DNA of 64,000 bases, taken from assembly GCA_904501985.1 (NCBI GenBank), contig CAJGCT010000004.1, positions 3,629 through 67,628 of the forward strand, given 5' to 3'. A program made the translations under genes and the position numbers. Numbering within the stretch: the stretch's first letter is position 1; each line of letters opens with the position of its first letter. This stretch comes from an uncultured Clostridia bacterium. Lineage in GTDB: Bacteria > Bacillota > Clostridia > Oscillospirales > CAG-272. This document shows positions 31,301-39,746 of this stretch, in pieces. The notes below the pieces were generated by a model. It was not told the DNA's origin and ran no database searches. It saw nothing but the letters and a program-made list of their open reading frames with translations.

Positions 31301-32100
31301 TTGGTAGTTTCGGTATAGACTATCTTTACCGCTTCTTCAACCTGATCTATTTCATACTTACCGTAATTCGCTTCAGAGAGGATACCTGCGTTGCCTGCCG
31401 CACCGAATGTGATTGCGGAATAAGCGGGCTTTTCAGGAGGAGGCGGAACTTCTTCACCGTAGTATGCATATGCATCCTCTACGCTCTTGAAGAACGCGAT
31501 CTCCTTTATGCACATATCCGCATCTTCGTGCTCAGCGGTATATTCAAGCATAATATTGCCCTTGCCAACGAATCCGCCGATAACGCCCTCCGGAAGCTCA
31601 ACAGGAGCAGAGATAACCCACTCGCCGTTTGAAAGCTTGGTGTTGGGAACTATTTTCGGCAGGTTGGAGGACTGTCTGAAGATAAGGGAAGCCGCAACAG
31701 CATCAGTCGACCTGTATGTAACGCGTACAAACTTGAAGTCGCTTGTGATATAGTTTGCTTCGCTGAACTGAGGAATACAGCGGTAAGCATTGTACTTTGT
31801 TACTTTGCCCTCATAAAGAAGCTTTATATAAGGCGCATCGGGGTCGTCCTTTGTGATAATCTTGTATTTGCCCTGTGTAACACCGTCCGATATTACACCG
31901 AGAGCGTTTTTGTTTTTGATCATGTTGGGCGTTGTATCAAATCTGATGATACGAGCCTCCGGAGTGGCTGCGGGAGCCGTAGCGGTTTCGGGAGCCGTAG
32001 CGGTAATAAGCTGCTCCGCACTGACTGCCGTCAGCGATGCTGTAAGACAGAGCATAGCTGCCGCGGCAATGGAAATAATTTTTCCAAGCTTTGGTAACAT
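28315..32100 (-). CDS. Secreted multidomain BNR/Asp-box propeller protein with C-terminal SLH repeats (paralog 3)
   Basis: Signal peptide ...LTAVSAEQ, then the same module order as paralog 2. Three SLH-like repeats (FTDVPLGTSYY..., FKDVVAGQWY..., FTDGASVSSWA...) lie at about 28318-28865. Confidence 0.9.
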   Translation of the reverse strand: MLPKLGKIISIAAAAMLCLTASLTAVSAEQLITATAPETATAPAATPEARIIRFDTTPNMIKNKNALGVISDGVTQGKYKIITKDDPDAPYIKLLYEGKVTKYNAYRCIPQFSEANYITSDFKFVRVTYRSTDAVAASLIFRQSSNLPKIVPNTKLSNGEWVISAPVELPEGVIGGFVGKGNIMLEYTAEHEDADMCIKEIAFFKSVEDAYAYYGEEVPPPPEKPAYSAITFGAAGNAGILSEANYGKYEIDQVEEAVKIVYTETTNFQNVHYMAKIRFEDPSDYYTDFTYMRILYSAKHPDGVTTAEFNMKNDAGGAPLSISKDLKDTNGEYVMTETFLLPSSFPARFAKGGHFSFYTTTAVDGGEYSIKGIFLFPTKEAADNFVYVKETRPVTIAGNDISKYKIVIPENSSSYVYDAASSISKYVSTVSGHTLHIVTDDVDESKYEILVGPTNRKASGIYLNELMADGASYAVYCGDLVDEKIVLNAYVPAACEVAAEKFLMSFLYMGMPDVPDEIKVEGKVRFYGNAVKYSPYEAYNTPYTVNVSDPIVFTEDFTDDEGYFTEENGAKLWKYQNGALTYGGSDYSVAYVHVYEPNVSVTATVSYTSAAKKGSMGLIARYVSPDGYVKAGYDFRTGEWYVDFREGIDLSLIRAGSAAATVAPNTEYVLNLTLNGKKAVFTVNGAVVVECEVEHITPGRFGVYSDGVSVSADNFEAVLMSGEGTIFKDVVHHVLPDEMFREGGSVVIMDNNVWKYQNHRNAAFQSIDNGATWQRTDLWVNNYGYMNVFRLNNGQLIQAGTKSVGGVDYVVARLSSNDSKTWIEGGVICPVIHPEMGVGGGNMNDKFSQSGTTNRIFYGLNYDNRGNDFTKKVFCEYYYSDDNGLTWNRSETGSHEIEGAKDEKFFGENKLLQCADGTVRAYCSWNILGNIMYAESTDGGVTFGPFKELEGFKSSHSSMQFVRDPYGPTDTTYYMLWCYDDGVDQNGLPKRSRLSLAYSTDGQNWDYIGDIWRWECRWRGGSNSIAISHIVDPFINVTEDYIVCGTGLSEKFGSDYHNEQRQHIWSIPKASLPAARTINKFTDVPLGTSYYSAINFVTEKGLFNGTSETTFSPSTTMTRSMFVTVLGRLDGADMSAYTTPTFKDVVAGQWYTSYVEWAAANNVVNGIGNGLYGVNGEVTVEQICLMLSRYNGSKSAATASGKTVADFTDGASVSSWAADGVKWAVENGVYAGQGGKLNPTAPASRALVATMFHNYVTVYGE

Positions 32101-32172
32101 TTTTGATTCTCCTTTTTATAAAAGATTTTAGAGAGCACTTGTAAATATGATTACAAGACACCCATCATACAT

Positions 32173-32201
32173 ATTTTAACATAAACGATTGATTTTTTCA
32201 A
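32173..32201 (-). promoter_or_regulatory. Promoter of paralog 3
   Basis: TTGAAA, 17 nt, TAAAAT. Confidence 0.55.
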
Positions 32202-32234
32202 TATGATAGACGAAAATATGTCGTATTTTACTAA

Positions 32235-32254
32235 TATTGTGTTGGATTATGCAT
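32235..32254 (-). promoter_or_regulatory. Conserved 20-nt upstream motif (copy a)
   Basis: TATTGTGTTGGATTATGCAT (plus strand) begins 34 nt upstream of the -35. A near-identical copy sits at the same spacing before paralog 4. Confidence 0.4.
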
Positions 32255-32298
32255 TTTTCAGAGTTGAGGCATCACTAACACATATTTACAGGCAATTA

Positions 32299-34950
32299 TT
32301 AAAGAGTAAATTTCTTTGTGTTTTTGTTATATTTCTTGCCGGAGGGAAGTGTGTCACGGCGAATCGCCCAGATGTGCTGACGCTGTTCGTTGTGATAGTC
32401 CTTACCGAATTTTTCGGAAATCCCCGATCCTGTGATGATGTAATCCTCTGTGAGCTTGATAAAGGGGTCAACGAGATGACAAATGGGCGCACTTACGTAT
32501 CCGCCGCGCCATCTGCATTCCCAGCGCCAGATATCACCCAGGTACTCCCATTCCTTACCGTCGGTGCTGTAGGCAAGGCAGAGTCTTGCGCGGACAGGGT
32601 GGATCGGGTCGCGCTCACCTATGTTATAGACCCATACCATAAAGTATGACGTATCTGTAGGACCGTATGGGTCGCGGACAAACTGCATACTTGAATGGGA
32701 TGAGATAAAGCCTTCAAGATTCTGAAGCGGTCCGAAGGTCATACCGCCGTCCTTGGAGTCCGAATACACGATATTTCCCATGCGGTTCCATGAGCAGTAC
32801 ATACGAATAGTTCCGTCAGCACATTCAAGAAGCTTGTTTTCACCGAAGAATGTGGTATTGCCGTTGTCCTTTATGTCAAGAGAGCCCATGTCAGCCTTGT
32901 ACCAGCTCTTTCCGTTATCGTCAGAGTAGTAGTACTCGCAGAATACACGCTTGGTGTTGATATCGGTAGACCTGTTATCATAGTTCAGGCTGAAGAATAT
33001 TCTGTCGTCTCTTCCGGACTGCATGATCTTATCGTTCATGTTTCCGCTGCCAACGCCAAGCTTCGGATGAACCGCCGGGCAGATGATTCCGTCATCTGTC
33101 CATGTAACACCCTCGTCGGTGCTTGAGCGCGAGTAGACGTAATCTACACCGTCAACGGTCTTTCGTGCGATCTGCATGATGGCACCGTTGTTAAGGCGAA
33201 GCAGGTTGAAATAGCTGGTTATATCAGCCCATTTTTCGGTGCGCTCCCATGTAGTACCGTTGTCAAGGGATTTGAACGCCGCGCCTCTTTGATGGCGGTA
33301 CATCCATACGTTGTCCTTAAGAACGATAACAGAGCCGCCCTCACGGTATTCGTCATCGGGGAGCAGGGTATGAACGGCATTTCTGAATATCGTGCCCTCA
33401 CCGGACAGAAGCACAGCCTTGTAGTTCTCAGCCGTCACCGTAACGCCGTCGGCATAAACGCCGATACAGCCGGGAGTTACGTGGTATATCTCACATTCAA
33501 CCGTAGGCTCGCCGTTGACTGTGAGAGTTGCTTTTTTGCCGTCAACGGTGAAGTTCAGTGTGTATTTTGTATCGGGAGTGAGGACATCCGGCTTGCTTGC
33601 CCAGCGCATAACGCCAAGGTCGAAGCCTTCGCGGAATTCGATGTACCATTCACCTCGTCTGAAGTCATAACCTGCCTTTGCATAGCCGGCAGAGGCAACA
33701 TAGCGCGCCACAAGACCGAAATTAGCGTATTTATCGGCATTTTTGTAGGAGAGGGTCACTGTTTCGGACACATTCTGCTCGTAAACGTGAACATAGGATA
33801 CAGAATAGCCGTTTCCGGTGTAAACATATGCTCCGTTTTCGTATTTCCAGAGCTTTTCGCCGTTTTCCTCGGTGAAGTAACCCTTGTCGGATGCAAAATC
33901 CTCGCAGAATACGGTAGGATCAGCCACATTGACCGGATCATCGTAAACAGCGTATGGGCTGTGTCTGATTACATGACCGGAGAAGCGGATAGGAGCGTCA
34001 ATGTCTATTATTTCCGGAATTTGCGGCATACCCTTGTAAAGGTACGTCATGACAAATTTCTCTACAGCCTGCTCGCACGCCGCAGGAACAAGTGCGTTTA
34101 TAACAGGTGTGTTTCCCACAATTTCACTGCAATATACGGTGTAGGGTGCACCTGCATCAAGAAGCTCCTTAAGGTATACGCCAGACAGCTTGCGGTTGGT
34201 GCTTCCCATGAGTATCTCATACTTGCCGTCAGGCTCGTCGTCGGTGACAACAGGGAGATTGACGCCGCAGAGGGACTTTATGTAATCTGCAAGGATATTC
34301 GCGGCATTTGCAACTTCTGCGCAGGAATTCACAGGAATGACTATCTTATAATTTGCGATATCATTGCCCATTATTTTTATCTGATGATTTTCGCTTTCAG
34401 GAGTTGGCACAACAGGCTCGTCGCCGTAGTACGCGTATGCGTCAGCTTCGGATTTGAAGAAAGCAACCTCTTTTATGCATATATCCGCATCGAAATGCTC
34501 GGCGGTATATTCCATCATGACATTGCCCTTACCAACGAACAGCTCCATAATGTCCTCGGACACTTCAAAGGGCGCTGATACGACCCATTCGCCGTTTGAA
34601 AGCTTGGTGTTTGGAACGATTTTTGGGATATTTGAGGAACGTCTGAAGGTGATGGACGAAGCAACCTTGTCGGTTGTTCTGTATTTCACGCGCACATACT
34701 TATATTCAGCGGTGATAAAATTCGGCTCGCTGAACTGAGGAATACAGCGGTATGATTTATACTGAACGGGAGTTGCTTGATGATAAAACTTTATATATGG
34801 AGCATCGGGATCGTCTTTTGTGACGATTTCATACTTACCGTGTGTGATTCCGTCACCGCAGACGCAAAGCGTATTTTTATTTTTTTCCATATTGGACGCC
34901 GTATCAAACTTTATAATACGGGCATCAGGTTTTGCAAAACATTGTGACAT
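32299..34950 (-). CDS. BNR/Asp-box propeller protein lacking both signal peptide and anchor (paralog 4)
   Basis: Collinear with paralog 3 from ARIIKFDT onward. AAGGAGA lies upstream of the ATG at 34950 (MSQCFAKPD...). There is no hydrophobic leader. The second N-terminal module and the SLH repeats are absent. Confidence 0.85.
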   Translation of the reverse strand: MSQCFAKPDARIIKFDTASNMEKNKNTLCVCGDGITHGKYEIVTKDDPDAPYIKFYHQATPVQYKSYRCIPQFSEPNFITAEYKYVRVKYRTTDKVASSITFRRSSNIPKIVPNTKLSNGEWVVSAPFEVSEDIMELFVGKGNVMMEYTAEHFDADICIKEVAFFKSEADAYAYYGDEPVVPTPESENHQIKIMGNDIANYKIVIPVNSCAEVANAANILADYIKSLCGVNLPVVTDDEPDGKYEILMGSTNRKLSGVYLKELLDAGAPYTVYCSEIVGNTPVINALVPAACEQAVEKFVMTYLYKGMPQIPEIIDIDAPIRFSGHVIRHSPYAVYDDPVNVADPTVFCEDFASDKGYFTEENGEKLWKYENGAYVYTGNGYSVSYVHVYEQNVSETVTLSYKNADKYANFGLVARYVASAGYAKAGYDFRRGEWYIEFREGFDLGVMRWASKPDVLTPDTKYTLNFTVDGKKATLTVNGEPTVECEIYHVTPGCIGVYADGVTVTAENYKAVLLSGEGTIFRNAVHTLLPDDEYREGGSVIVLKDNVWMYRHQRGAAFKSLDNGTTWERTEKWADITSYFNLLRLNNGAIMQIARKTVDGVDYVYSRSSTDEGVTWTDDGIICPAVHPKLGVGSGNMNDKIMQSGRDDRIFFSLNYDNRSTDINTKRVFCEYYYSDDNGKSWYKADMGSLDIKDNGNTTFFGENKLLECADGTIRMYCSWNRMGNIVYSDSKDGGMTFGPLQNLEGFISSHSSMQFVRDPYGPTDTSYFMVWVYNIGERDPIHPVRARLCLAYSTDGKEWEYLGDIWRWECRWRGGYVSAPICHLVDPFIKLTEDYIITGSGISEKFGKDYHNEQRQHIWAIRRDTLPSGKKYNKNTKKFTL

Positions 34951-35019
34951 TTCTGCAATTCTCCTTACAACATATTCCGGGAAAGGCACTTATTTAAAGA
35001 TAAAATCTCTCCCAAAATC

Positions 35020-35048
35020 ATTTTATCATAAGCTACTTGATATTTCAA
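35020..35048 (-). promoter_or_regulatory. Promoter of paralog 4
   Basis: TTGAAA, 17 nt, TAAAAT, the same architecture as at 32173-32201. Confidence 0.55.
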
Positions 35049-35081
35049 TACGTTATACATAATTATGTCGTAATTTGCAAG

Positions 35082-35101
35082 TATTGTGGTGGATTGTGCA
35101 T
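35082..35101 (-). promoter_or_regulatory. Conserved 20-nt upstream motif (copy b)
   Basis: TATTGTGGTGGATTGTGCAT has 2 mismatches to copy a and the same distance to the -35. Confidence 0.4.
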
Positions 35102-35261
35102 TTTGGTCGAATTTTTGCTTCAACATCCACCCCGGAAACCGTGAATTCAACAGGGGACGAAAATCTCTATTGGTTTGATGAAAAAACTCTTATCTGAGCC
35201 CGCTCTTGGAAAAACAGCGAAATTTTTCGCCGTTTTTCGCTTATATTCGTCACAATAACAC

Positions 35262-35290
35262 TTGACCTTGCAGATAATTTCTGATATAAT
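35262..35290 (+). promoter_or_regulatory. purH promoter
   Basis: TTGACC, 17 nt, TATAAT, 35 nt before the start codon. Confidence 0.65.
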
Positions 35291-35324
35291 AGTATACAAA
35301 TAAACACATACGAGGTAAAAACCA

Positions 35325-36890
35325 ATGAAAAAGCGCGCAATAATCAGTCTTACCGACAAAACAGGCGTTGTTGAGTTTGCTCGTGAGCTTGACGCTCTCG
35401 GCTACGAAATACTCTCAACAGGCGGAACATGGAAGGTAATTAACGATGCCGGAATCCCCGTAACTCAGGTTTCCGACGTTACAGGCTTCCCGGAATGTCT
35501 TGACGGACGTGTTAAGACCCTCCATCCCCTCATTCATGCAGGTATTCTTGCGATGAGAAGCAATCCTGAGCACATGGCTCAGATCGCTGAGCTTGGTGTT
35601 ACTCCTATTGACATTGTAGCTATCAACCTCTACGCTTTCAAGGACACCATCATGAAGCCCGGCGTTACCCGTGAGGACGCAATCGAGCACATCGACATCG
35701 GCGGTCCTACAATGCTCCGTGCGGCGGCTAAGAATTACCAGGACGTTTCCGTTATCGTTGATCCTGCTGATTACACAACCGTTATTGATGAGCTTAAGGC
35801 TAACGGCAAGGTATCTGTAGACACCAACCTGAAGCTTGCTTACAAGGTATTCAACCACACTGCGGCATACGACACACTTATTCAGTCCTATCTTCGTGTT
35901 GAGACCGATATGCCCATATTCCCTGAAAAGCTTTCTCTCACCTACGAAAAGGTACAGGATATGCGCTACGGCGAGAATCCCGGTCAGCTTGCGGCTTTCT
36001 ACAAGGAGATCGGTCACTTCGACGGTACTCTTGCGGCGGCAGAGCAGCTTCACGGCAAGGAGCTTTCCTACAACAACATCAATGACACCAACGGTGCTCT
36101 TGAGTGCCTCAAGGAATTTGACGAGCCCTGCGTTGTTGCAGTTAAGCACGCAAATCCCTGCGGAGTTGGCGTTGGAAACGACATCTACGCCGCTTACATG
36201 AACGCATACAATGCAGATCCCGTTTCCATTTTCGGCGGTATTATCGCTTGCAACCGCAAGGTTGATGCGGCAACCGCAGCCGAGATCAACAAGATCTTCG
36301 TTGAGATCGTTATCGCTCCCGATTTCGATGCTGATGCTCTTGAAATCCTTCAGAAGAAGGCAAACATCAGAATCCTCAGACTCCCTGAGATCGCAAAGCC
36401 CAACACCAAGGATATGCTTGACATGAAGCGTGTTGCAGGCGGTCTTCTCGTACAGGAGCGCGATATCGGCGTTTACGACGATGCCGAGCTTAAGGTTGTT
36501 ACCGAAAAGGCTCCCACCGAGGCTGAAATGGCTGATCTTAAGTTTGCTATGAAGGTTGTTAAGCACACCAAATCTAATGCTATCGTTCTCGCAAAGAACG
36601 GCATTACAACAGGTATCGGCCCCGGTCAGACCAACCGTATCACCGCTCTTGAGCTTGCAATAAGATATGCCAACGAGCTTGAGGGAACAGAGAAGAACAG
36701 AGCGGCAGGCAGTGTTATGGCCTCCGATGCATTCTTCCCGTTCTCCGACTGCGTTGAGGCTGCTCACAAGGCTGGCATCACCGCTATCATCCAGCCCGGC
36801 GGCTCTATCCGCGACCAGGAGTCCATTGATGCCTGCAACAAGTACGGCATTGCAATGATCTTCACCGGTCAGAGACATTTCAAGCACTAA
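35325..36890 (+). CDS. purH: Bifunctional AICAR transformylase / IMP cyclohydrolase
   Basis: MGS-like N-terminus [24 protein letters not shown], and a C-terminal AICARFT domain ending FTGQRHFKH. Confidence 0.95.
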   Translation: MKKRAIISLTDKTGVVEFARELDALGYEILSTGGTWKVINDAGIPVTQVSDVTGFPECLDGRVKTLHPLIHAGILAMRSNPEHMAQIAELGVTPIDIVAINLYAFKDTIMKPGVTREDAIEHIDIGGPTMLRAAAKNYQDVSVIVDPADYTTVIDELKANGKVSVDTNLKLAYKVFNHTAAYDTLIQSYLRVETDMPIFPEKLSLTYEKVQDMRYGENPGQLAAFYKEIGHFDGTLAAAEQLHGKELSYNNINDTNGALECLKEFDEPCVVAVKHANPCGVGVGNDIYAAYMNAYNADPVSIFGGIIACNRKVDAATAAEINKIFVEIVIAPDFDADALEILQKKANIRILRLPEIAKPNTKDMLDMKRVAGGLLVQERDIGVYDDAELKVVTEKAPTEAEMADLKFAMKVVKHTKSNAIVLAKNGITTGIGPGQTNRITALELAIRYANELEGTEKNRAAGSVMASDAFFPFSDCVEAAHKAGITAIIQPGGSIRDQESIDACNKYGIAMIFTGQRHFKH

Positions 36891-36908
36891 TTATATGCAT
36901 ATAAAATC

Positions 36909-36942
36909 TCCCCAAGGAGCGTTTGCTTCTTGGGGATTTTTT
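36909..36942 (+). terminator. purH terminator
   Basis: 11-bp stem CCCCAAGGAGC / GCTTCTTGGGG with a GTTT loop, then TTTTTT. Confidence 0.85.
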
Positions 36943-36945
36943 GTG

Positions 36946-37165
36946 TGGGGTACGGTCGCTGTTTTTGAGCACATCGCTTGCGATGTGCTGAAAGCATCCG
37001 CAAAGAACTTTATACAGGGAATTATCACACCGCTGAGGCGATGTAATTTTAGAATCGTTAGGACGCCACACTCGCGCCGCCTGCATGGGTCCTCACCATT
37101 CCGGCGGCTTGGGTTGCGGTAATCGTTTGTGTTTTGGGGGGCGCGACCGCTTTGCGGCGCGCGGT
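36946..37165 (+). repeat. Interspersed structured repeat, copy B (long form)
   Basis: Inverted relative to copy A. Like copy A, it starts directly after a terminator T-run plus GTGT(G/A)G. Confidence 0.85.
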
Positions 37166-37268
37166 ATGTGGTGACTGAGTAACACTCGTAGGGACAGGCA
37201 TCCTCGATGCTCCGTTCACGGTAATATTCCCATTGGAACGAATTTCCATATATTTATGCGTACATATC

Positions 37269-37297
37269 TTGACAATTTAGTGTTAACATGGTACAAT
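37269..37297 (+). promoter_or_regulatory. pyk promoter
   Basis: TTGACA, 17 nt, TACAAT with an upstream TG. Confidence 0.65.
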
Positions 37298-37348
37298 AAT
37301 AACATAGAATTTTTAGCATAGCGAAAACCAAGGAGACTACCCAAAAAA

Positions 37349-38764
37349 ATGAGAAAGACCAAACTTATATGCACCATAGGACCTGCCTGCGAGGATGAAG
37401 AGACTCTTACCAAAATGTGCCTTGAGGGCATGAACGTAGCGAGACTCAACTTCTCCCATGGAACACACGAGGACCATCAGACCAAGATCGACACCATCAA
37501 AAAGGTGAGAAGCAAGCTCGGTTTGCCTGTTGCTATAATGCTTGACACCAAGGGTCCGGAATACAGAATAAAGACCTTTGAAAATAAGAAGGTGACTCTT
37601 CGCGAGGGAGATACTTTTATATTTACCACTGATGATATCGTTGGAAACGAAGAGCGAGTTGCTGTCAACTACGCGCATCTGACAGATGATCTTTCCTGCG
37701 GCGACACCATAACCGTAAACAACGGACTTGTTATATTCAATGTCACCGAAATACAGGGGCACGACGTTATATGCAAGGTAGTTGTGGGCGGCGAGCTTTC
37801 CGACAGAAAGAGTATGCATTTCCCGGGCATCGTAATGAAGCACGAATTTTTAAGTGAGCAGGACAAGGCTGATCTTCTTTTCGGTATACAGAACGATATA
37901 GATTTTGTGGCGGCATCCTTTGTATCAAATAAAAACGACGTGCGCGACATAAGAAACTTCCTCAACGAAAACGGCGGCGAGCAGATTGATATTATCGCAA
38001 AGATAGAAAATCGCTCCGGTGTTGACAACATTGAAGAAATATGCGAGCTTGCGGACGGAATAATGATAGCCCGCGGCGACCTTGGTGTGGAAATACCGTT
38101 CATTGAGGTTCCCTCAATACAGAAATATCTTATCAACAAGTGCAGACTTCTCGGTATCAGAGTTATAACCGCCACGGAAATGCTAGAATCCATGATACAC
38201 AATCCGCGCCCCACAAGAGCAGAGCTGTCCGACGTTGCAAATGCCGTATACGACGGCACCTCGGCTGTCATGCTTTCCGGCGAGACGGCATCGGGAAAAT
38301 ATCCCGTAAAGGCAGTAAAAAACATGGCAGAGATCGCCGCATTCACCGAGCGAACCATAGATTACAGTGAGCGCTTCAGAACTACGGAATTCAAGATACG
38401 CAACAGCATAGATGCCCTCTCTCATTCTGCTTGCTCCATGGCAATAGCACTTGATGCAAAGGGTCTTGTAGTCAACTCCATAAGCGGTAAGACCGCAAGA
38501 ATGGTAAGCCGTTTCAGATGCCCTGTGGACATTCTCGGTATGACCACATCGGAAAAGGTATGGCGCAAGCTGAATCTCAGCTGGGGTGTAACTCCCGTGA
38601 TGTGCGAGGAGTTTTCCTCAATGGAGGTTATGTTCTACAGTGCCATGAAGCGTGCTGAGGAAATATATTCCCTTGAAAAGGGCGACAGCGTGGTTATGAC
38701 CGGCGGTCAGATAAACGGCAAATCCGGCAATTCCAACGTTATTAAGATAGAACAGGTTCACTGA
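37349..38764 (+). CDS. pyk: Pyruvate kinase
   Basis: MRKTKLICTIGPA, ARLNFSHG, MIARGDLGVEIP, MLSGETASGKYP. Confidence 0.95.
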   Translation: MRKTKLICTIGPACEDEETLTKMCLEGMNVARLNFSHGTHEDHQTKIDTIKKVRSKLGLPVAIMLDTKGPEYRIKTFENKKVTLREGDTFIFTTDDIVGNEERVAVNYAHLTDDLSCGDTITVNNGLVIFNVTEIQGHDVICKVVVGGELSDRKSMHFPGIVMKHEFLSEQDKADLLFGIQNDIDFVAASFVSNKNDVRDIRNFLNENGGEQIDIIAKIENRSGVDNIEEICELADGIMIARGDLGVEIPFIEVPSIQKYLINKCRLLGIRVITATEMLESMIHNPRPTRAELSDVANAVYDGTSAVMLSGETASGKYPVKAVKNMAEIAAFTERTIDYSERFRTTEFKIRNSIDALSHSACSMAIALDAKGLVVNSISGKTARMVSRFRCPVDILGMTTSEKVWRKLNLSWGVTPVMCEEFSSMEVMFYSAMKRAEEIYSLEKGDSVVMTGGQINGKSGNSNVIKIEQVH

Positions 38765-38781
38765 TAGTAGCACCGCGAAAA

Positions 38782-38812
38782 AATCCCCAAGGAGCAGCTC
38801 CTTGGGGATTTT
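38782..38812. terminator. Bidirectional terminator between pyk and sigG
   Basis: Stem AAATCCCCAAGGAGC / GCTCCTTGGGGATTT. Confidence 0.85.
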
Positions 38813-38822
38813 CATATGGATT

Positions 38823-39608
38823 TCACATATCCTTTTTGATTCGTTCCAGTGCCGATTTTTCGATTCTCGACACCTGTGCCTGGGAAATGCCGATCTCACC
38901 GGCTATTTCCATCTGCGTGCGCCCCTTGAAATACCTCATTTCGATAATATTTTTCTCCCTTGGCGAAAGACGCTTCATTGCTTCGCGCAGTGCGATATCT
39001 TCAAGCCACGCCTCGTCGGTATTGTCGTTGTCGCTTATCTGATCCATTATATAAATGGAATCACCGCCGTCGGAAAATACCGGCTCATAGAGACTGACCG
39101 GCTCAACTATTGCTTCAAGTGCCGCGCCAACTTCTTCCTTTGGTACATCCACAAGCTTTGCAATATCTTCAAGAGTCGGCTCACGGTCAAGCGTTCTTGT
39201 GAGCTGCTCGCGCGCCTGAAGTGCGCGGTATGCAAGATCGCGGACAGAGCGGCTGACGCGCACTGCGTTATTGTCACGAAGATATCTTCGTATCTCGCCG
39301 ATTATCATTGGAACGGCGTAGGTGGAAAATTTTACATCAAGCGTAGTATCGAAATTGTCAACCGCTTTTATAAGACCGATGCATCCGACCTGAAAAAGGT
39401 CATCGAGATTCTCTCCGCGGCTTGCAAATCGCTGAATTATAGACAAAACAAGTCTGAGATTTCCGTTTATCAGGGTATTTCTCGCAAAGTCGTCGCCTTC
39501 CTTGGATTTAATAAGCAATTCACGCTTTTCTTCAGCGTTTAGCGTTGGGAGTGCGGCTGTATTTACGCCGCATATTTCAACCTTGCGGCTGTAGGTGTTT
39601 GACTTCAT
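38823..39608 (-). CDS. sigG: Sporulation sigma factor SigG
   Basis: VEICGVNTAALP, GNLRLVLSIIQRF, FSTYAVPMIIGEIRRYLRDNN and ISQAQVSRIEK closely follow Bacillus SigG as I recall it. Confidence 0.85.
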   Translation of the reverse strand: MKSNTYSRKVEICGVNTAALPTLNAEEKRELLIKSKEGDDFARNTLINGNLRLVLSIIQRFASRGENLDDLFQVGCIGLIKAVDNFDTTLDVKFSTYAVPMIIGEIRRYLRDNNAVRVSRSVRDLAYRALQAREQLTRTLDREPTLEDIAKLVDVPKEEVGAALEAIVEPVSLYEPVFSDGGDSIYIMDQISDNDNTDEAWLEDIALREAMKRLSPREKNIIEMRYFKGRTQMEIAGEIGISQAQVSRIEKSALERIKKDM

Positions 39609-39746
39609 AATATTTTGCCTTTCCTGTGAAAGTATTGCTTTCTACAGGTAGTATTGCCGTCTGTCGGCTTTAGTTATGCAGTCATAAATTTGTATTGTTT
39701 TGGAAAATAAATTACGCTTCACCACGTACCGGTGAAGCGTAAAATT

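Noticed and set aside
21360-34950. Calling the four propeller proteins GH33 sialidases.
   Set aside because: Asp boxes alone are not diagnostic. I could not find the FRIP motif or an obvious arginine triad by eye, so only a generic BNR/sialidase-like fold is claimed.
35150-35324. Possible ZTP (pfl) riboswitch upstream of purH.
   Set aside because: The leader after the predicted promoter is only about 35 nt, and I see no pfl-like conserved GC-rich core of the kind I recall for that motif (for example a CCGCCTGGGC-type block).
35415-36887. 490-aa ORF antisense to purH. Similar long antisense ORFs lie at 58083-59210, 29233-30867, 33289-34578, 15937-16959, 17237-18232, 50488-51474, 38802-39542 and 37669-38358.
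   Set aside because: Each lies entirely inside a gene with strong, recognisable motifs on the other strand. The translations are low-complexity or Cys/Arg/Val-rich with no motifs and no RBS. These are shadow ORFs caused by codon bias.
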